Origin: a virus
DNA: 64,000 bases
Virus record (IMG/VR): IMGVR_UViG_3300046820_000088
Location: 1 to 64,000 of that record
Reading direction: 5' to 3' (one strand)
Under the pieces are notes generated by a model, which saw only the letters and a program-made list of their open reading frames with translations, was not told the origin of the DNA and did no database searches. Made by a program: the position numbers and the translations under genes. This document shows positions 19,001-29,606 of this stretch, piece after piece (position 1 is the stretch's first letter; every line of letters begins with the position of its first letter).

Positions 19001-22000
19001 GTACTATGATACAAGGTCACGATGGTAGTCTAACAACTGCCTACGGAGACTTTAGAGATAACGTTATATTGGAGCTAGAATATAGAATCTATAACAACAT
19101 CAAACAAGAATACAACGAAGAAGTATTTGATATTGATAAAGTTTTAGGCGGCTATTATGGATCCGGATTCTACAATAAAGAACAACTGGACCTTATTGTT
19201 AATAGAGAGTTTTTAAAATGGATTGCAGATACAAATATCGATTATATTAATAATCAATACTTTGATAGCGAAAACCCATTTACCTATACCTATTCTAGAA
19301 TGTACGATCTAGCCGGATCTACTAACCTACCAGGATACTGGAGAGGAGTTTACAAGTGGTTCTATGACACTGATCGTCCTCACCGTTGTCCGTGGGAAAT
19401 GTTAGGATTTTCAGAAAAACCAGCATGGTGGGAAAGCGAATATGGCGTTGCACCATATACCAGCAACAACATGCTATTATGGGAAGATCTTAGAGACGGA
19501 GTTATTCGTCAAGGATCTCGAGCAGGTGTCCACCAACGTTATAAGAGAGAAACACTTTTATCTCACATTCCGGTAGATGCCGATGGTAACCTATTAAATC
19601 CTTTAGATGCAGGACTGGCGCAAGGTTTCTCTTTAGTAAACAGCAAGGGAGATTTTAAACTTGGTGATATTGCTCCTGTAGAACATGCGTGGAGATCTAG
19701 TTCTGAATGGCCATTTGCAATAATCATAGCAATGTCTTTGATGAAACCGTTTGAGTTTATCACCGATAGTTTGGATAGATCAAAAACAACAACAAACATA
19801 TTAGCACAAACAGTCAGTACGTCTACTGATTTGTTTTTAACATTATCTGATATTTCTGTACCAACAGTAACTGGATTACAAACTACAGGTCTAATAAACT
19901 ATATTGCCGATTATTTAAAGAACAAAAATCTTAACGATTCTGCAATCACAAATATCCTACAGAATATTGACGTTAAGTTGACTTCTAGATTGTCTGGATT
20001 TGTTGATCAGCAACAACAGAAATATATCTTAGACAGCAAAAATCCAAGAGCAACTTCCAGCAGCGTATTTGTCCCTCCGGAAAACTATGACATTATATTC
20101 AATGTAAGTTCTCCTATTTCTTTTATTTCATACAGTGGTGTGATATTTGAAAAGACTGAAAATGGCTGGAAGATAAATGGTTACGATAATGCTGAGCCTT
20201 TCTTTACATATTTTGAGCCAGTTCCTAGTCAGGTTGATCCGTTAATGAGAGTTGGCGGAGTTAGTGAGAGTTTTTACGAATGGACTGCTGAAAAGTTTTA
20301 TGGCAATGGAGTTATTGTTCGGTACAATAACGAATACTATAGAAGTTTAAAGAGCCATACTAGTGAAACAACATTTACTAATACTAGTTGGAAAAAACTT
20401 CCATCATTACCATTGACCGGTGGTGTAGAAGCATTTAAGAGAAGAACGTTTAATACTTTAAGAACAAAGCAACTCACCTACGGAACTATTCTAACTACGA
20501 TTCAAGAGGTAGTAGATTTCTTATTAGGTTATGAAGTTTATCTAAAATCTGTAGGATTATTATTTGACGGATATGATTCTGAAACACAGACTGCTAAAGA
20601 TTGGACAACAGCTTGTAAAGAGTTTATGTTCTGGACCAAGCACAACTGGGAAGCCGGATCATTATTGACTCTAAGTCCCTCGGCAAATAAAATTGAAATA
20701 TCCTTATCAGTTGGTGTTGCAGATAATGTATTAGATAGTTTTTACGATTATCAAATATTAAAAAGCGACGGAACTCCGTTGGCTCCTGCCTACATAAATG
20801 TAACCAGAGATTTTCAAAAGTTTTATTTAGAAACAACTAATACCCTTGAAGGTATCTACTACCTAAAAGTTTATTTCGTTCTAAAAGAGCACGTTGCTAT
20901 TTTTGATGATAGGACAGTGTTCAATGACGTTATCTATGACAAAACAACTGGATATCGTCAAGAACGAATCAAGACTCGTGGATTCCGTACGGTTGACTGG
21001 GACGGTGATTACACTAGCCCCGGATTCTTGTTTGATAATGTAAGAATAAACTCTTGGCAACCGTTTGTTGATTACAACCTGGGAGATATTGTAAGTTATA
21101 AATCTTATAACTGGGTTAGCAACTTTAATCAAACGGGAACAGAAGAGTTTGATAATGAAAAGTGGAGCAAACTAGATAGTACACCTACAAAATCTCTAGT
21201 GCCAAACTTTGATTATAGAATTAATCAGTTTGAAGATTATTTTGATTTAGATGCATATGGGCTAGGCTCTAGTCAACGCGATCTAGCAAGACATGCTATT
21301 GGTTATCAAACCAGAGACTATCTACAAGAACTAGCTGAAGACGAAGTAAGCCAGTTTAAGTTATATCAAGGCTTTATCAGAGAAAAAGGTACTTCTAATT
21401 CTGTAGTCAAAGTATTTGACAAGTTAAGCAGAACAACAGACGACAGTATTGTCCTTAACGAGGAGTGGGCATTTAGAGTAGGTCGTCTTGGCGGAACGGA
21501 CCAGTTGAGAGAAATTGAGTTTAGAATAGTTAAGGACAAACTAGAAATAAATCCACAGCCTATGCTGGTATTGCCTACGGTATATTCTGGATCTATTGTT
21601 GATCAATACCTCAGAATCAATCCTACAGACTTTACAGTAGCCGACACTCCTTTTACTGCTGAAATAAATCCAGTTGCACTGTATGACGGTCAAAATAGAT
21701 CAGCCGGCTATGTAAAGACAGACCAGATTAACTTTACAGTTAGAACACGAGACGATATTTTAGATCTCAATATCTACAGCTTTGTAGAAAATGACAGCGT
21801 CTGGGTAACATTTGATGGACCGTCTTGGTCTGTTATAAGATATAACGAATCTCCGGTCTTGTCAGTTGAGTCGTTTGAAAAATCTGGAACAACAGTTACT
21901 ATCAACACCAATAGAAGCCATACACTTGCTGTTGGTGATATTATCGGTCTAAAGGATGTTATAAATCTAACAGGATTCTTTAAACTAACCGACATTGGTT

Positions 22001-25000
22001 TTAGAACTTTAACTGTTGAAGTAGCCGAAGGTGTTGAAAATCCAGAGTTTGACTCCAGTACAACAGTAAACATTCATATGTTTACAAACGCTAGATTTGG
22101 GTCATATCAAGATGTTGATCCTAGACAAGTCGCATTGTTGAAGTATGGATCAAAACTATGGATTGATTCTAACGAAGACAATCTATGGGAAGTTGTTGAG
22201 AAAACTCAACAGTTTTCTGTCAAGGATCTAGCAGACTACGGAACAAGTACTCCTGAACAGACAGGTTATGCTATCAAATATATTGACAGTTTGAAGCAGA
22301 TTATCTCTAGTATGCCTAGACAAGGATTTGTGATGTCCTATGTTGAAACCTCGGCAGGACTAGGATTAAGACAAATCATTGCACCGTCAAGTGATTACAC
22401 TTCTAAAATAGCATATTCTTTTGGTAAGTCATTGGATGTTACTCCTGATGCTAAGTTTATGGTAGTTGGTTCTCCGGATGCAGGATATATTACATCGACG
22501 TTTAGAGGAGACTTTGATTTCTCTGGACAATACTTTATTGGAGAAACAGTTCTCTTCGAAGGAAGACTTTGGACAGCAGTAAACGATGTTGTTGGTGATG
22601 GCAGCAGTATTAATGTTTATAATCAAGATTGGAAACTAGAAACTCTTCTAGTTGGAAATCCTATAGGCCGCGGAGTTGGCTACGGTAATCAAGGCATGGT
22701 TACTATATTCAAGTGGCAAGACCAACAGTGGACTGAAGACTTAACAATCATTAGTCCGCGACCTTCCGACGGCGAACATTTTGGACACAAGGTTACACTG
22801 GCACAATCTGGTTCTACATATTATATGGCAGTTTCTGCTCCTGGATCCCAAGATAGCAGAGGTCGTGTATACTTGTACATTTACGAAAACAGTCAATGGA
22901 GGCATTTAGAATCTACTGCATATCAAGGCCTATATACCAACGGAGAGTTTTATCCGGCCGATACAATAGTTTGGTCAAATGGTTCATTATGGGAAGCTAC
23001 TTCGGATGTTACCGGAACTTCCGGAGGCCTAATAGTTGATTCTTTAAGCTGGACAAAACTAGATCCTATTGCAACATCCTGCTCTTTGCCTAAAAACGTA
23101 ACAGTTGACGACGACGGTTCTACACTTGAGTCCGGAATGTTGTCAGGCACTGACCTAAGCGAACTAACCAAACAAGGCGATCAGTTTGGTTCAGTTATGT
23201 CTATGAATAGAGATGGTAGTATCCTAGTTGTTGGTGTACCGTTGAGTGACGACCAATACTTTGCAAACTATCGCGGAGACTGGAAGTTATGGGAAACATA
23301 CACTGAGGGTGATGTTATAAGATACTATGATCCAGCAGAAGGATATTGGACTTATCATAAACTTGTTGATCCAAGAGAAGATGTTGAAGATTCTTCTATT
23401 GTATACACAAATACTGGAACAGAACCAGTTGGCAGTCCTTGGGAAAATGTCGGCGACAGTACAGTAAAAACTACTGGTAAGGTCTACGTCTATCAAAGAG
23501 ATGCTAACAAGCGATATTCACTCAAGCAGACAATCTCTGCAGGTTCCCTAGTCGACATCAATGATCTAGGAACAACCGAAACCATCAGCTCAGGCGATGA
23601 ATTTGGTTATAGTTTAGATATTGATTCTACCGGAACAACTATTGTAGTAAGCAGTCCAGAAGCAGATATTAATGGACAAAATCAAGGATCTGTTTATATT
23701 TTTAAAACAACTGATTTTACAAACTTGTCTTACAGACTAAAGCAGAAAATCGAAAGTTTTGAAAACTTTACAAATGAGTTTTTTGGATCAAGTGTGAGCA
23801 TTAGTGCAGGTACCGAGAGAGTAATAGTCGGTGCTAAAAATGCTCCTTACAAACTGGTAACTAGATTTGATACAGGTTTAGGCACATACTTTGATCAAGG
23901 TAAAACAGTTTTCTCAGAAAGTCAAGGGTATCCTGGGCAAGTCTATGTTTTTGAAAGAAAAGATCAACAGTACATGTTGGTAGAAAAACTACAAGCAGAG
24001 TTAATCAACAATGAATCTTTTGGATTTAGTGTTGACTGTACATCCTCAGTTGTAGTTGTTGGATCTCCGACTTACAAACAAGAAGATGTATTAGTTGGCA
24101 GAATAAGACTATTCAAGAAGAGTACTACAGAAAACTCCCTCAAGACACTATCGAATCAAACTGATCTAGTTGATATATCAAAGTTAAAAACTATTTCTTT
24201 ATATGATCCTCAAAAGAATGTTAAGATCTCTGACATTGATATTGTTGATCATTTCAAGATGAAAGTTTTAGGTATTGCAGAACAAGAGATCAAGTTTAAG
24301 ACAATGTATGATCCTGCAATTTATAATGTAGGAACAGAAGACCAGGTAGTTGATAACAGTCAAACATGGTTTGAAAAACATGTCGGTGAACTATGGTGGG
24401 ACCTAAACACTGTAAAATGGATCAACTACGAACAAGGGGATATTTCTTATCGTGCAGGTAACTGGAACAGTCTAGCATTTGGTGCTAGTGTTGATATTTA
24501 CGAATGGGTAGAAACTCCTTTATTGCCTTCCGAATGGTCGCTTATTGCTGATTCAGTAGAAGGCCTAGTTAACGGCATTTCTGGACAGCCTTTATACACC
24601 GACGATACTGTTTATTGTGTTAAAGAGATATACAATACTTCAACAGGCCTAACTACCGGAACATTGTATTACTATTGGGTTAAGAATAAAAAGATTTTAC
24701 CCACTGATGTTACTGGAAGAAAACTTGCTGCAACAGAAGTTGCAGCATTGATTGAATCCCCTGCATCTTCTGGTACTCCTTTTATTGCCTTTATTGATAA
24801 AGACAAGTTCTTGGCCTACAACTTTGATTCATTAATATCTGCTGATACAGCATTAATGAATATTCAGTATCTAAAAAATACCAAGCCATTAAATCTAATA
24901 CACAACGAGTATCAGTTATTAACTGAAGCACAAGCAGATAGCTTGCCGAGCGCATCTTTAGAAACTAAGTGGATTGACAGCTTAGTAGGCTTCGATCTAA

Positions 25001-28000
25001 CAGGCAATACTGTACCTGATACAAAACTGCCTGCAAAACAAAAATATGGTTTAGGATTTAGACCTAGACAAAGTATGTTTGTTGATAGACTGAAAGTTTT
25101 AAAGGTAGTGGTAGAAAATGTTAACTCTATTCTAATGACACAGCCATTTGCTGATACAGTTGATTACAAGAATTTAAATCTTGTAGATACTGCACCAGTT
25201 GCCGAGTTGAGAGAATACGATCTTGCTGTAGATTCTTACATTGATTTAACACAAGTCGGTACTATCAGAATCAAACAGGCTGTCTTAACACCGAACATTG
25301 TTGATGGAAAGATTGACACTATTGATATTACGGATCCCGGATTTGGATATAGAGTCGTTCCTACTATTAAGATTGAAGGGACTGGATACGGAGCAACAGC
25401 AGTTGCTACACTAGATACCCAAGGAAGAATCTCTTCAGTTACTGTTTTACAGAAGGGTAAAAAATATAGTTCTGCTATTGCTAAGATTAGACCATTCTCT
25501 GTGTTAATAAACTCAGACGAAACATCTAATAACTATTGGACAATCTATGCATGGGATCAGCAACGCAAGATTTTTTATCGTAGTAAATCGCAAGGCTATG
25601 ATACCACTAGATATTGGGAATATGCAGATTGGTGGGCAACTGGATATTCTTCATCTACTAGAGTAAACAAAGAAATCACAGAGTTTTATTTAGAATCTAC
25701 ATTAACACTTCATGTTGGAGACCTAATAAGAGTAAAAGAATTTACCAATGGCGGTTGGGCAGTTTTAGAGCGCACAGAAGAAGGTGCAGGAACATTGCTT
25801 GGCAAGTACATCTTGATTGGAAGAGAAAATGGTACAATTCAGTTGAAAAACACACTATATAATTCTTCTACATCGTCGATTGGTTTCGACAACGTAAGTT
25901 CGTATGATGCTGCTTTCTATGATCTTCAACCAACTGTAGAACTTAGAAACATTCTAAGAGCAATCAAAGAAGATATTTTTGTTAACAATCTACGAGTTGA
26001 ATGGAATAAACTATTCTTTACCTGTATTCGTTATGCGTTCTCTGAACAGCTTTATATTGATTGGGCATTTAAGACAAGTTTCTTAAATGCAGTACATAAT
26101 GTTGGCGACCTAGAGCAGCGAACAAACTATAAGAATGATAACCTCGATGCATTTAGACAATACTTAGCAGAGGTCAAACCTTATAGAACCAGCATACGTG
26201 AATACACTAGTAGATACACCGAAATACAAACTACCAACTCTTCAGTTACTGACTTTGACTCGCCACCGGTATACTCAACAGAGTACGGAACAATACTTCC
26301 AGTAAACGAGTCATATGATAGATTCAACGAATATCCGTGGAAGTGGTTTGCAGACAATCAAGGATATTCTATAACCTCAATCGAGGTAGCAGAAGTTGGT
26401 GCTGGTTATACTAGTGCTCCGACAGTTATTATTGAAGGCAACGGTATTGGAGCTCAAGCTAAAGCCTATATCTCTAGCGGTAAGATTTCTGGAATAGTAA
26501 TCTTAAACGAAGGGTCTGGATATACACAGACTCCTGTAGTGACCCTAGTGGGTGGAAACGGCGCAGGTAATGCTGTTGCTAAAGCTGTTGCTATTTTAGG
26601 CAAAGGTAAGATTAGAAACTTTAATATTTCTGTTAAGTTTGACAGAATTTCTAAAGAAGGTATCTATCAAAACTTATCTCAAACACAGACCTTTACAGCA
26701 ACCGGCCAAAGTTCAGTTATTAACTTGAACTATGCTCCTACACAAGATAAGAGTAAGATTATAATCTTGAAAAATAGTCAACCTGTATTAAACTCTGAAT
26801 ACACAATCAGTTTATACAAGTCGTCAGTTGACACTTATAGTCTATTGAAAGGAAAAATAACATTCAAAACTCCGCCCGAGAAAGGAGATGTTATTGAAGT
26901 TACCTACGAAAAGAATGACTCTTTGCTAGACAGCATTAACCGAATTGAAAAATATTATGCTCCAAAGCCTGGAATGAAAGGCAAGGAGATGAATCAGTTA
27001 ATGACTGGTATCGACTTCGGTGGTGTTCAGATTCAAGGTACAACATTTGATGTAACAGGCGGATGGGATGCTCTTCCATGGTTTACTGATGGTTGGGACG
27101 GAGTTGAATCTAATGCAGATCATTATGTGGTTACTGATGGTTCAACTACTACTGTTACCTTACCTTCTGCTCCTGCGGTTGATCAGATGATTACAGTCTA
27201 CATTAAAAGAGCCGGAGAACAACGAGCTACAAGAATAGATGATCCTTATTATGGAATGTATGACGGGTCTACTATTCAACCCAATGGCAAAGTCGAGGCT
27301 CCGTTAACTGCTGTTATGCCAACATTTATCGGAAATGGTGTAACTAGAGAAGTTGAAATAGGACAGTATGTTAGAACATACTCCGGTGACACGTTAATAT
27401 TCAGACCTATTGAAAGTGATGGTTCTGTGACTATCAACGATGTAAACTTACTTGATACTCGTTTAAGCGGCGGCTCTTTATCTGCGATAGATAATGCCTA
27501 TGTATCTGCAACTGGATTACTAGCAGAAGATATTAATGTTGACGGTGGAAAGTTTAGCAGTCCTGACTACGTTCCTGCAACAGAAGAAAATATTCCTGGC
27601 CAGGTTCTAGATAGTGTTAGCATTAAGGTCTTTACTTCGTCAGTGTCTGGTGCAACACCGTTACAAACAAAGATCTATACCGCTAACGGAACTACTACTA
27701 GCTTTGCAATAGGACTAAAAGTTTTAGAAGCACAGTCTGTAATAGTATATGTTGATAAGATTAAACAAACTGATTACTCTTTAGACTTTATTAATAATGT
27801 TGTTGATTTTACAACTGCACCAGCAGAGAGACAACTTGTAGAAATTATTTCTATTGGTATCGGCGGCGTTGAGATTTTAGATTATCAGGAATATGTTGCT
27901 GACGGTGAAACTAGTTTGTTCTTAACCAAGGCCAAATACAATCAAACTCAATCAGTAGTTGTTACTGTAGACGGAGTGATGATTGATCTCGGGTTTATTG

Positions 28001-29598
28001 AAAGTACCGGTATAGTTGATCAAATCGGTATGACCTTGATACAGTTTGGTATCAAGCCTTCTAGAAGACAAGTGGTTAAGATTATCTGCTTGGGTGTTGC
28101 TCTTGATACTGATTCAGGCGGCCAATCAATCATCCGTATTAATCAGCAACAACTAACTTTCGAAGGAAGCACCCGCAGTTTTGACTTAGATAAGTTTGTA
28201 ACTTTGTCTAGAGGTTCAACACAACCTAGCATGGTAGTTGAAGTTAACGGCCGAGCACTTGTAGGTGTTGATACTTCTTATAGAGTATATGACGGTACTA
28301 ATAATAGAATTGTTGTGGGCGTTGATCCAGAAGAAGCAGTTGGTACTATTACTTCCGGTAACATCAAAGTATTTTTAAATGGTCGCTTGTTGAGATTTGT
28401 TATCGAATATACTTACGACGGTAATCAAAATACTATTGAAGTACCGTCAACTTCTCTAGAAATAGGAGATATTATTAAAGTTGAATCTGATGTTAGAGCA
28501 GAGTATTATGTTGACGGCAGCAATCTAGTTATTAGTGATCTAGTAACATTAGTCGATGAAGATATTATCGACGTTACTTGGTTCAGCGAATACCCAACTA
28601 TGGATCTAATATCCGACGAGTTTACAGGCGGTAAGGTTCAATATCAGCTTGCTAGAACACCGTTGAGTGTTAGCTATGTATGGGTATACAAGAACGGAGA
28701 ACGCTTAACTCAAGATCAAGAATACTATATTTCTCTACAAAGAAGAGCAGTTTATCTAACTATTCCTACAACTACAGATGACAAGATTAAAATAGTTCAG
28801 TTCTCTAGCGATGTATTTGCATTACCTAGTGCATACGAGATCTATAAGGATATGTTAAACGTTTATCACTATAAGCGATATTCTAAGAATTCCGTAGTGC
28901 TGACAAAGGATCTCTATTACTATGATCAACAGATTGAAGTAAGTGACGGATCTATATTAGCAACACCTGTTAAAAATAGAAATATTCCGGGCGTAGTTAC
29001 AATAAACGGAGAAAGAATTGAGTATCTAGAGAAGTCGGGCAACATCCTTAGCCAACTAAGAAGAGGTAGTTTGGGCACAGCCATTGGCGATGTTTATACA
29101 GTCGGTGTAGCTGTAGTTGATGTAGGATACAAAGATACTATTCCGTATTCTGAATCTCAAGATAAACTTGATTTTATCAGCGACGGTAGCAGTTTATTAG
29201 TAGGTCCTCTAGAATTTACTCCGCAGCAGGGCAGCAGATCTACATGGTATAGATCAAGTATCCCTGTAGAATATGGTGCCTGCGACACGCTAGAAGTGTT
29301 TGTAGCAGGTCGTAGACTAAGAAAGAACCCTATGGACGTCTACGACGAAGAACTAGGTGCTGGCAGCCCTAGTGCAGACGTCCAGGTTGAAGCTGAGTTT
29401 TCAGTAGATGGACTAAATCCATACATAAGACTAACTTCAGCGCCAGCAGCAGGAACAAGAATAACAGTTATTAGAAAAACTGGACAAGTTTGGTACGAAA
29501 AAGGCGCAGCTACTATTACTACTGGGAAAACTTTACTAGAAAACAATACTTCTATTGCTAGATTTATTGTTGCTAAGACTACTGATTTGCCCGAATAA
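16051..29598 (+). CDS. Giant 4515-aa multidomain baseplate/virion protein (gp7 position)
   Basis: Uninterrupted 13.5-kb ORF after gp6. Contains FG-GAP-like repeats, Trp/Tyr CBM5/12-like repeats, G.GY...P.V.I.G repeats and many small beta-domains. Confidence 0.75.
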   Translation: MSDKKFPNSDLPIRKTSELLPKVFQTPANEKFMAGVLDPLVQPGVLEKTVGYIGRRYGKTYKGSDVYLDSDNTLRSRYQLEPGVVVTENNKISKFYDYIDFKNQLRFFGNTEERDDLVTAQEHYAWNPPIDWDKFVNFREYYWVPEGPPAITITGQAQNIVSGYTVRLGNNSTYVFTPDGYTVNPTLTLYRGQTYKFNVNAPTDGLVFRSVYDSGSPFQSPIEYKKGVTNNGTENGVITFTVPFDAPDMIYYQSKVDVNRLGRFMISDVESNTKINIEKEILGKPTYTSSNDIVLSNGMNVRFTGMVTPEKYASDTWIVEGVGSAIHLVRLQDLVVSPALNANVPEVLFDNAGFDADPFDDATAYPLSKDYVLINRASPDNNPWSRYNRWFHRSVLEQAHAFNNSSFESTEETRAKRPIIEFNIGIQLYNHGSIAKATVDYVDTFTTDVFSKIEGSLGYNVDGEQLFEGARLLVINDSDSLVNNKIYKVTFITHNNTKQISLRETEDSVSSIGEGVLVRRGNVNKSLMYHFSGTAWVKSQEKTAINQAPMIDAFDKNGVSFSDTDTYPVSSFKGTELVSYKKGVSVVDSELGFSLSYLNIDNVGDIEFEFDWDKDTFTYQNQQFVLSKKVNSGFFKFNPAGEYDNGWKKSAEKYIQAIIDSQIISAPTSTVQFNTVDWNTDKALEIYFYINGKKYTGEFSRAGSNFTLGQTLAANDVVVIKVFGDIIPNQGYYEIPVGLEKNPLNSNLLEFTLGTASDHVSTAIEFNNEFIGSYPGNSNLRDLSPYITHGKRFLKHAGIPSVAISLLCDKDVNLIKSLQFSKKSYTEFKNNFVKLSTTLYYNQTPADFVDDILSEMARTKTSITPFSDTDMVGSGAHTKIEYTVEDTGIKTFALSSKFSLDTLSRKAVYVYLNDVQLLVNTQYEFNSSFGFVQLKVDLQEGDRIEIREYASTAYNFIPATPTKLGLYKKYTPMIFVDNTYVTPRTMIQGHDGSLTTAYGDFRDNVILELEYRIYNNIKQEYNEEVFDIDKVLGGYYGSGFYNKEQLDLIVNREFLKWIADTNIDYINNQYFDSENPFTYTYSRMYDLAGSTNLPGYWRGVYKWFYDTDRPHRCPWEMLGFSEKPAWWESEYGVAPYTSNNMLLWEDLRDGVIRQGSRAGVHQRYKRETLLSHIPVDADGNLLNPLDAGLAQGFSLVNSKGDFKLGDIAPVEHAWRSSSEWPFAIIIAMSLMKPFEFITDSLDRSKTTTNILAQTVSTSTDLFLTLSDISVPTVTGLQTTGLINYIADYLKNKNLNDSAITNILQNIDVKLTSRLSGFVDQQQQKYILDSKNPRATSSSVFVPPENYDIIFNVSSPISFISYSGVIFEKTENGWKINGYDNAEPFFTYFEPVPSQVDPLMRVGGVSESFYEWTAEKFYGNGVIVRYNNEYYRSLKSHTSETTFTNTSWKKLPSLPLTGGVEAFKRRTFNTLRTKQLTYGTILTTIQEVVDFLLGYEVYLKSVGLLFDGYDSETQTAKDWTTACKEFMFWTKHNWEAGSLLTLSPSANKIEISLSVGVADNVLDSFYDYQILKSDGTPLAPAYINVTRDFQKFYLETTNTLEGIYYLKVYFVLKEHVAIFDDRTVFNDVIYDKTTGYRQERIKTRGFRTVDWDGDYTSPGFLFDNVRINSWQPFVDYNLGDIVSYKSYNWVSNFNQTGTEEFDNEKWSKLDSTPTKSLVPNFDYRINQFEDYFDLDAYGLGSSQRDLARHAIGYQTRDYLQELAEDEVSQFKLYQGFIREKGTSNSVVKVFDKLSRTTDDSIVLNEEWAFRVGRLGGTDQLREIEFRIVKDKLEINPQPMLVLPTVYSGSIVDQYLRINPTDFTVADTPFTAEINPVALYDGQNRSAGYVKTDQINFTVRTRDDILDLNIYSFVENDSVWVTFDGPSWSVIRYNESPVLSVESFEKSGTTVTINTNRSHTLAVGDIIGLKDVINLTGFFKLTDIGFRTLTVEVAEGVENPEFDSSTTVNIHMFTNARFGSYQDVDPRQVALLKYGSKLWIDSNEDNLWEVVEKTQQFSVKDLADYGTSTPEQTGYAIKYIDSLKQIISSMPRQGFVMSYVETSAGLGLRQIIAPSSDYTSKIAYSFGKSLDVTPDAKFMVVGSPDAGYITSTFRGDFDFSGQYFIGETVLFEGRLWTAVNDVVGDGSSINVYNQDWKLETLLVGNPIGRGVGYGNQGMVTIFKWQDQQWTEDLTIISPRPSDGEHFGHKVTLAQSGSTYYMAVSAPGSQDSRGRVYLYIYENSQWRHLESTAYQGLYTNGEFYPADTIVWSNGSLWEATSDVTGTSGGLIVDSLSWTKLDPIATSCSLPKNVTVDDDGSTLESGMLSGTDLSELTKQGDQFGSVMSMNRDGSILVVGVPLSDDQYFANYRGDWKLWETYTEGDVIRYYDPAEGYWTYHKLVDPREDVEDSSIVYTNTGTEPVGSPWENVGDSTVKTTGKVYVYQRDANKRYSLKQTISAGSLVDINDLGTTETISSGDEFGYSLDIDSTGTTIVVSSPEADINGQNQGSVYIFKTTDFTNLSYRLKQKIESFENFTNEFFGSSVSISAGTERVIVGAKNAPYKLVTRFDTGLGTYFDQGKTVFSESQGYPGQVYVFERKDQQYMLVEKLQAELINNESFGFSVDCTSSVVVVGSPTYKQEDVLVGRIRLFKKSTTENSLKTLSNQTDLVDISKLKTISLYDPQKNVKISDIDIVDHFKMKVLGIAEQEIKFKTMYDPAIYNVGTEDQVVDNSQTWFEKHVGELWWDLNTVKWINYEQGDISYRAGNWNSLAFGASVDIYEWVETPLLPSEWSLIADSVEGLVNGISGQPLYTDDTVYCVKEIYNTSTGLTTGTLYYYWVKNKKILPTDVTGRKLAATEVAALIESPASSGTPFIAFIDKDKFLAYNFDSLISADTALMNIQYLKNTKPLNLIHNEYQLLTEAQADSLPSASLETKWIDSLVGFDLTGNTVPDTKLPAKQKYGLGFRPRQSMFVDRLKVLKVVVENVNSILMTQPFADTVDYKNLNLVDTAPVAELREYDLAVDSYIDLTQVGTIRIKQAVLTPNIVDGKIDTIDITDPGFGYRVVPTIKIEGTGYGATAVATLDTQGRISSVTVLQKGKKYSSAIAKIRPFSVLINSDETSNNYWTIYAWDQQRKIFYRSKSQGYDTTRYWEYADWWATGYSSSTRVNKEITEFYLESTLTLHVGDLIRVKEFTNGGWAVLERTEEGAGTLLGKYILIGRENGTIQLKNTLYNSSTSSIGFDNVSSYDAAFYDLQPTVELRNILRAIKEDIFVNNLRVEWNKLFFTCIRYAFSEQLYIDWAFKTSFLNAVHNVGDLEQRTNYKNDNLDAFRQYLAEVKPYRTSIREYTSRYTEIQTTNSSVTDFDSPPVYSTEYGTILPVNESYDRFNEYPWKWFADNQGYSITSIEVAEVGAGYTSAPTVIIEGNGIGAQAKAYISSGKISGIVILNEGSGYTQTPVVTLVGGNGAGNAVAKAVAILGKGKIRNFNISVKFDRISKEGIYQNLSQTQTFTATGQSSVINLNYAPTQDKSKIIILKNSQPVLNSEYTISLYKSSVDTYSLLKGKITFKTPPEKGDVIEVTYEKNDSLLDSINRIEKYYAPKPGMKGKEMNQLMTGIDFGGVQIQGTTFDVTGGWDALPWFTDGWDGVESNADHYVVTDGSTTTVTLPSAPAVDQMITVYIKRAGEQRATRIDDPYYGMYDGSTIQPNGKVEAPLTAVMPTFIGNGVTREVEIGQYVRTYSGDTLIFRPIESDGSVTINDVNLLDTRLSGGSLSAIDNAYVSATGLLAEDINVDGGKFSSPDYVPATEENIPGQVLDSVSIKVFTSSVSGATPLQTKIYTANGTTTSFAIGLKVLEAQSVIVYVDKIKQTDYSLDFINNVVDFTTAPAERQLVEIISIGIGGVEILDYQEYVADGETSLFLTKAKYNQTQSVVVTVDGVMIDLGFIESTGIVDQIGMTLIQFGIKPSRRQVVKIICLGVALDTDSGGQSIIRINQQQLTFEGSTRSFDLDKFVTLSRGSTQPSMVVEVNGRALVGVDTSYRVYDGTNNRIVVGVDPEEAVGTITSGNIKVFLNGRLLRFVIEYTYDGNQNTIEVPSTSLEIGDIIKVESDVRAEYYVDGSNLVISDLVTLVDEDIIDVTWFSEYPTMDLISDEFTGGKVQYQLARTPLSVSYVWVYKNGERLTQDQEYYISLQRRAVYLTIPTTTDDKIKIVQFSSDVFALPSAYEIYKDMLNVYHYKRYSKNSVVLTKDLYYYDQQIEVSDGSILATPVKNRNIPGVVTINGERIEYLEKSGNILSQLRRGSLGTAIGDVYTVGVAVVDVGYKDTIPYSESQDKLDFISDGSSLLVGPLEFTPQQGSRSTWYRSSIPVEYGACDTLEVFVAGRRLRKNPMDVYDEELGAGSPSADVQVEAEFSVDGLNPYIRLTSAPAAGTRITVIRKTGQVWYEKGAATITTGKTLLENNTSIARFIVAKTTDLPE

Positions 29599-29606
29599 AT
29601 ATACTT

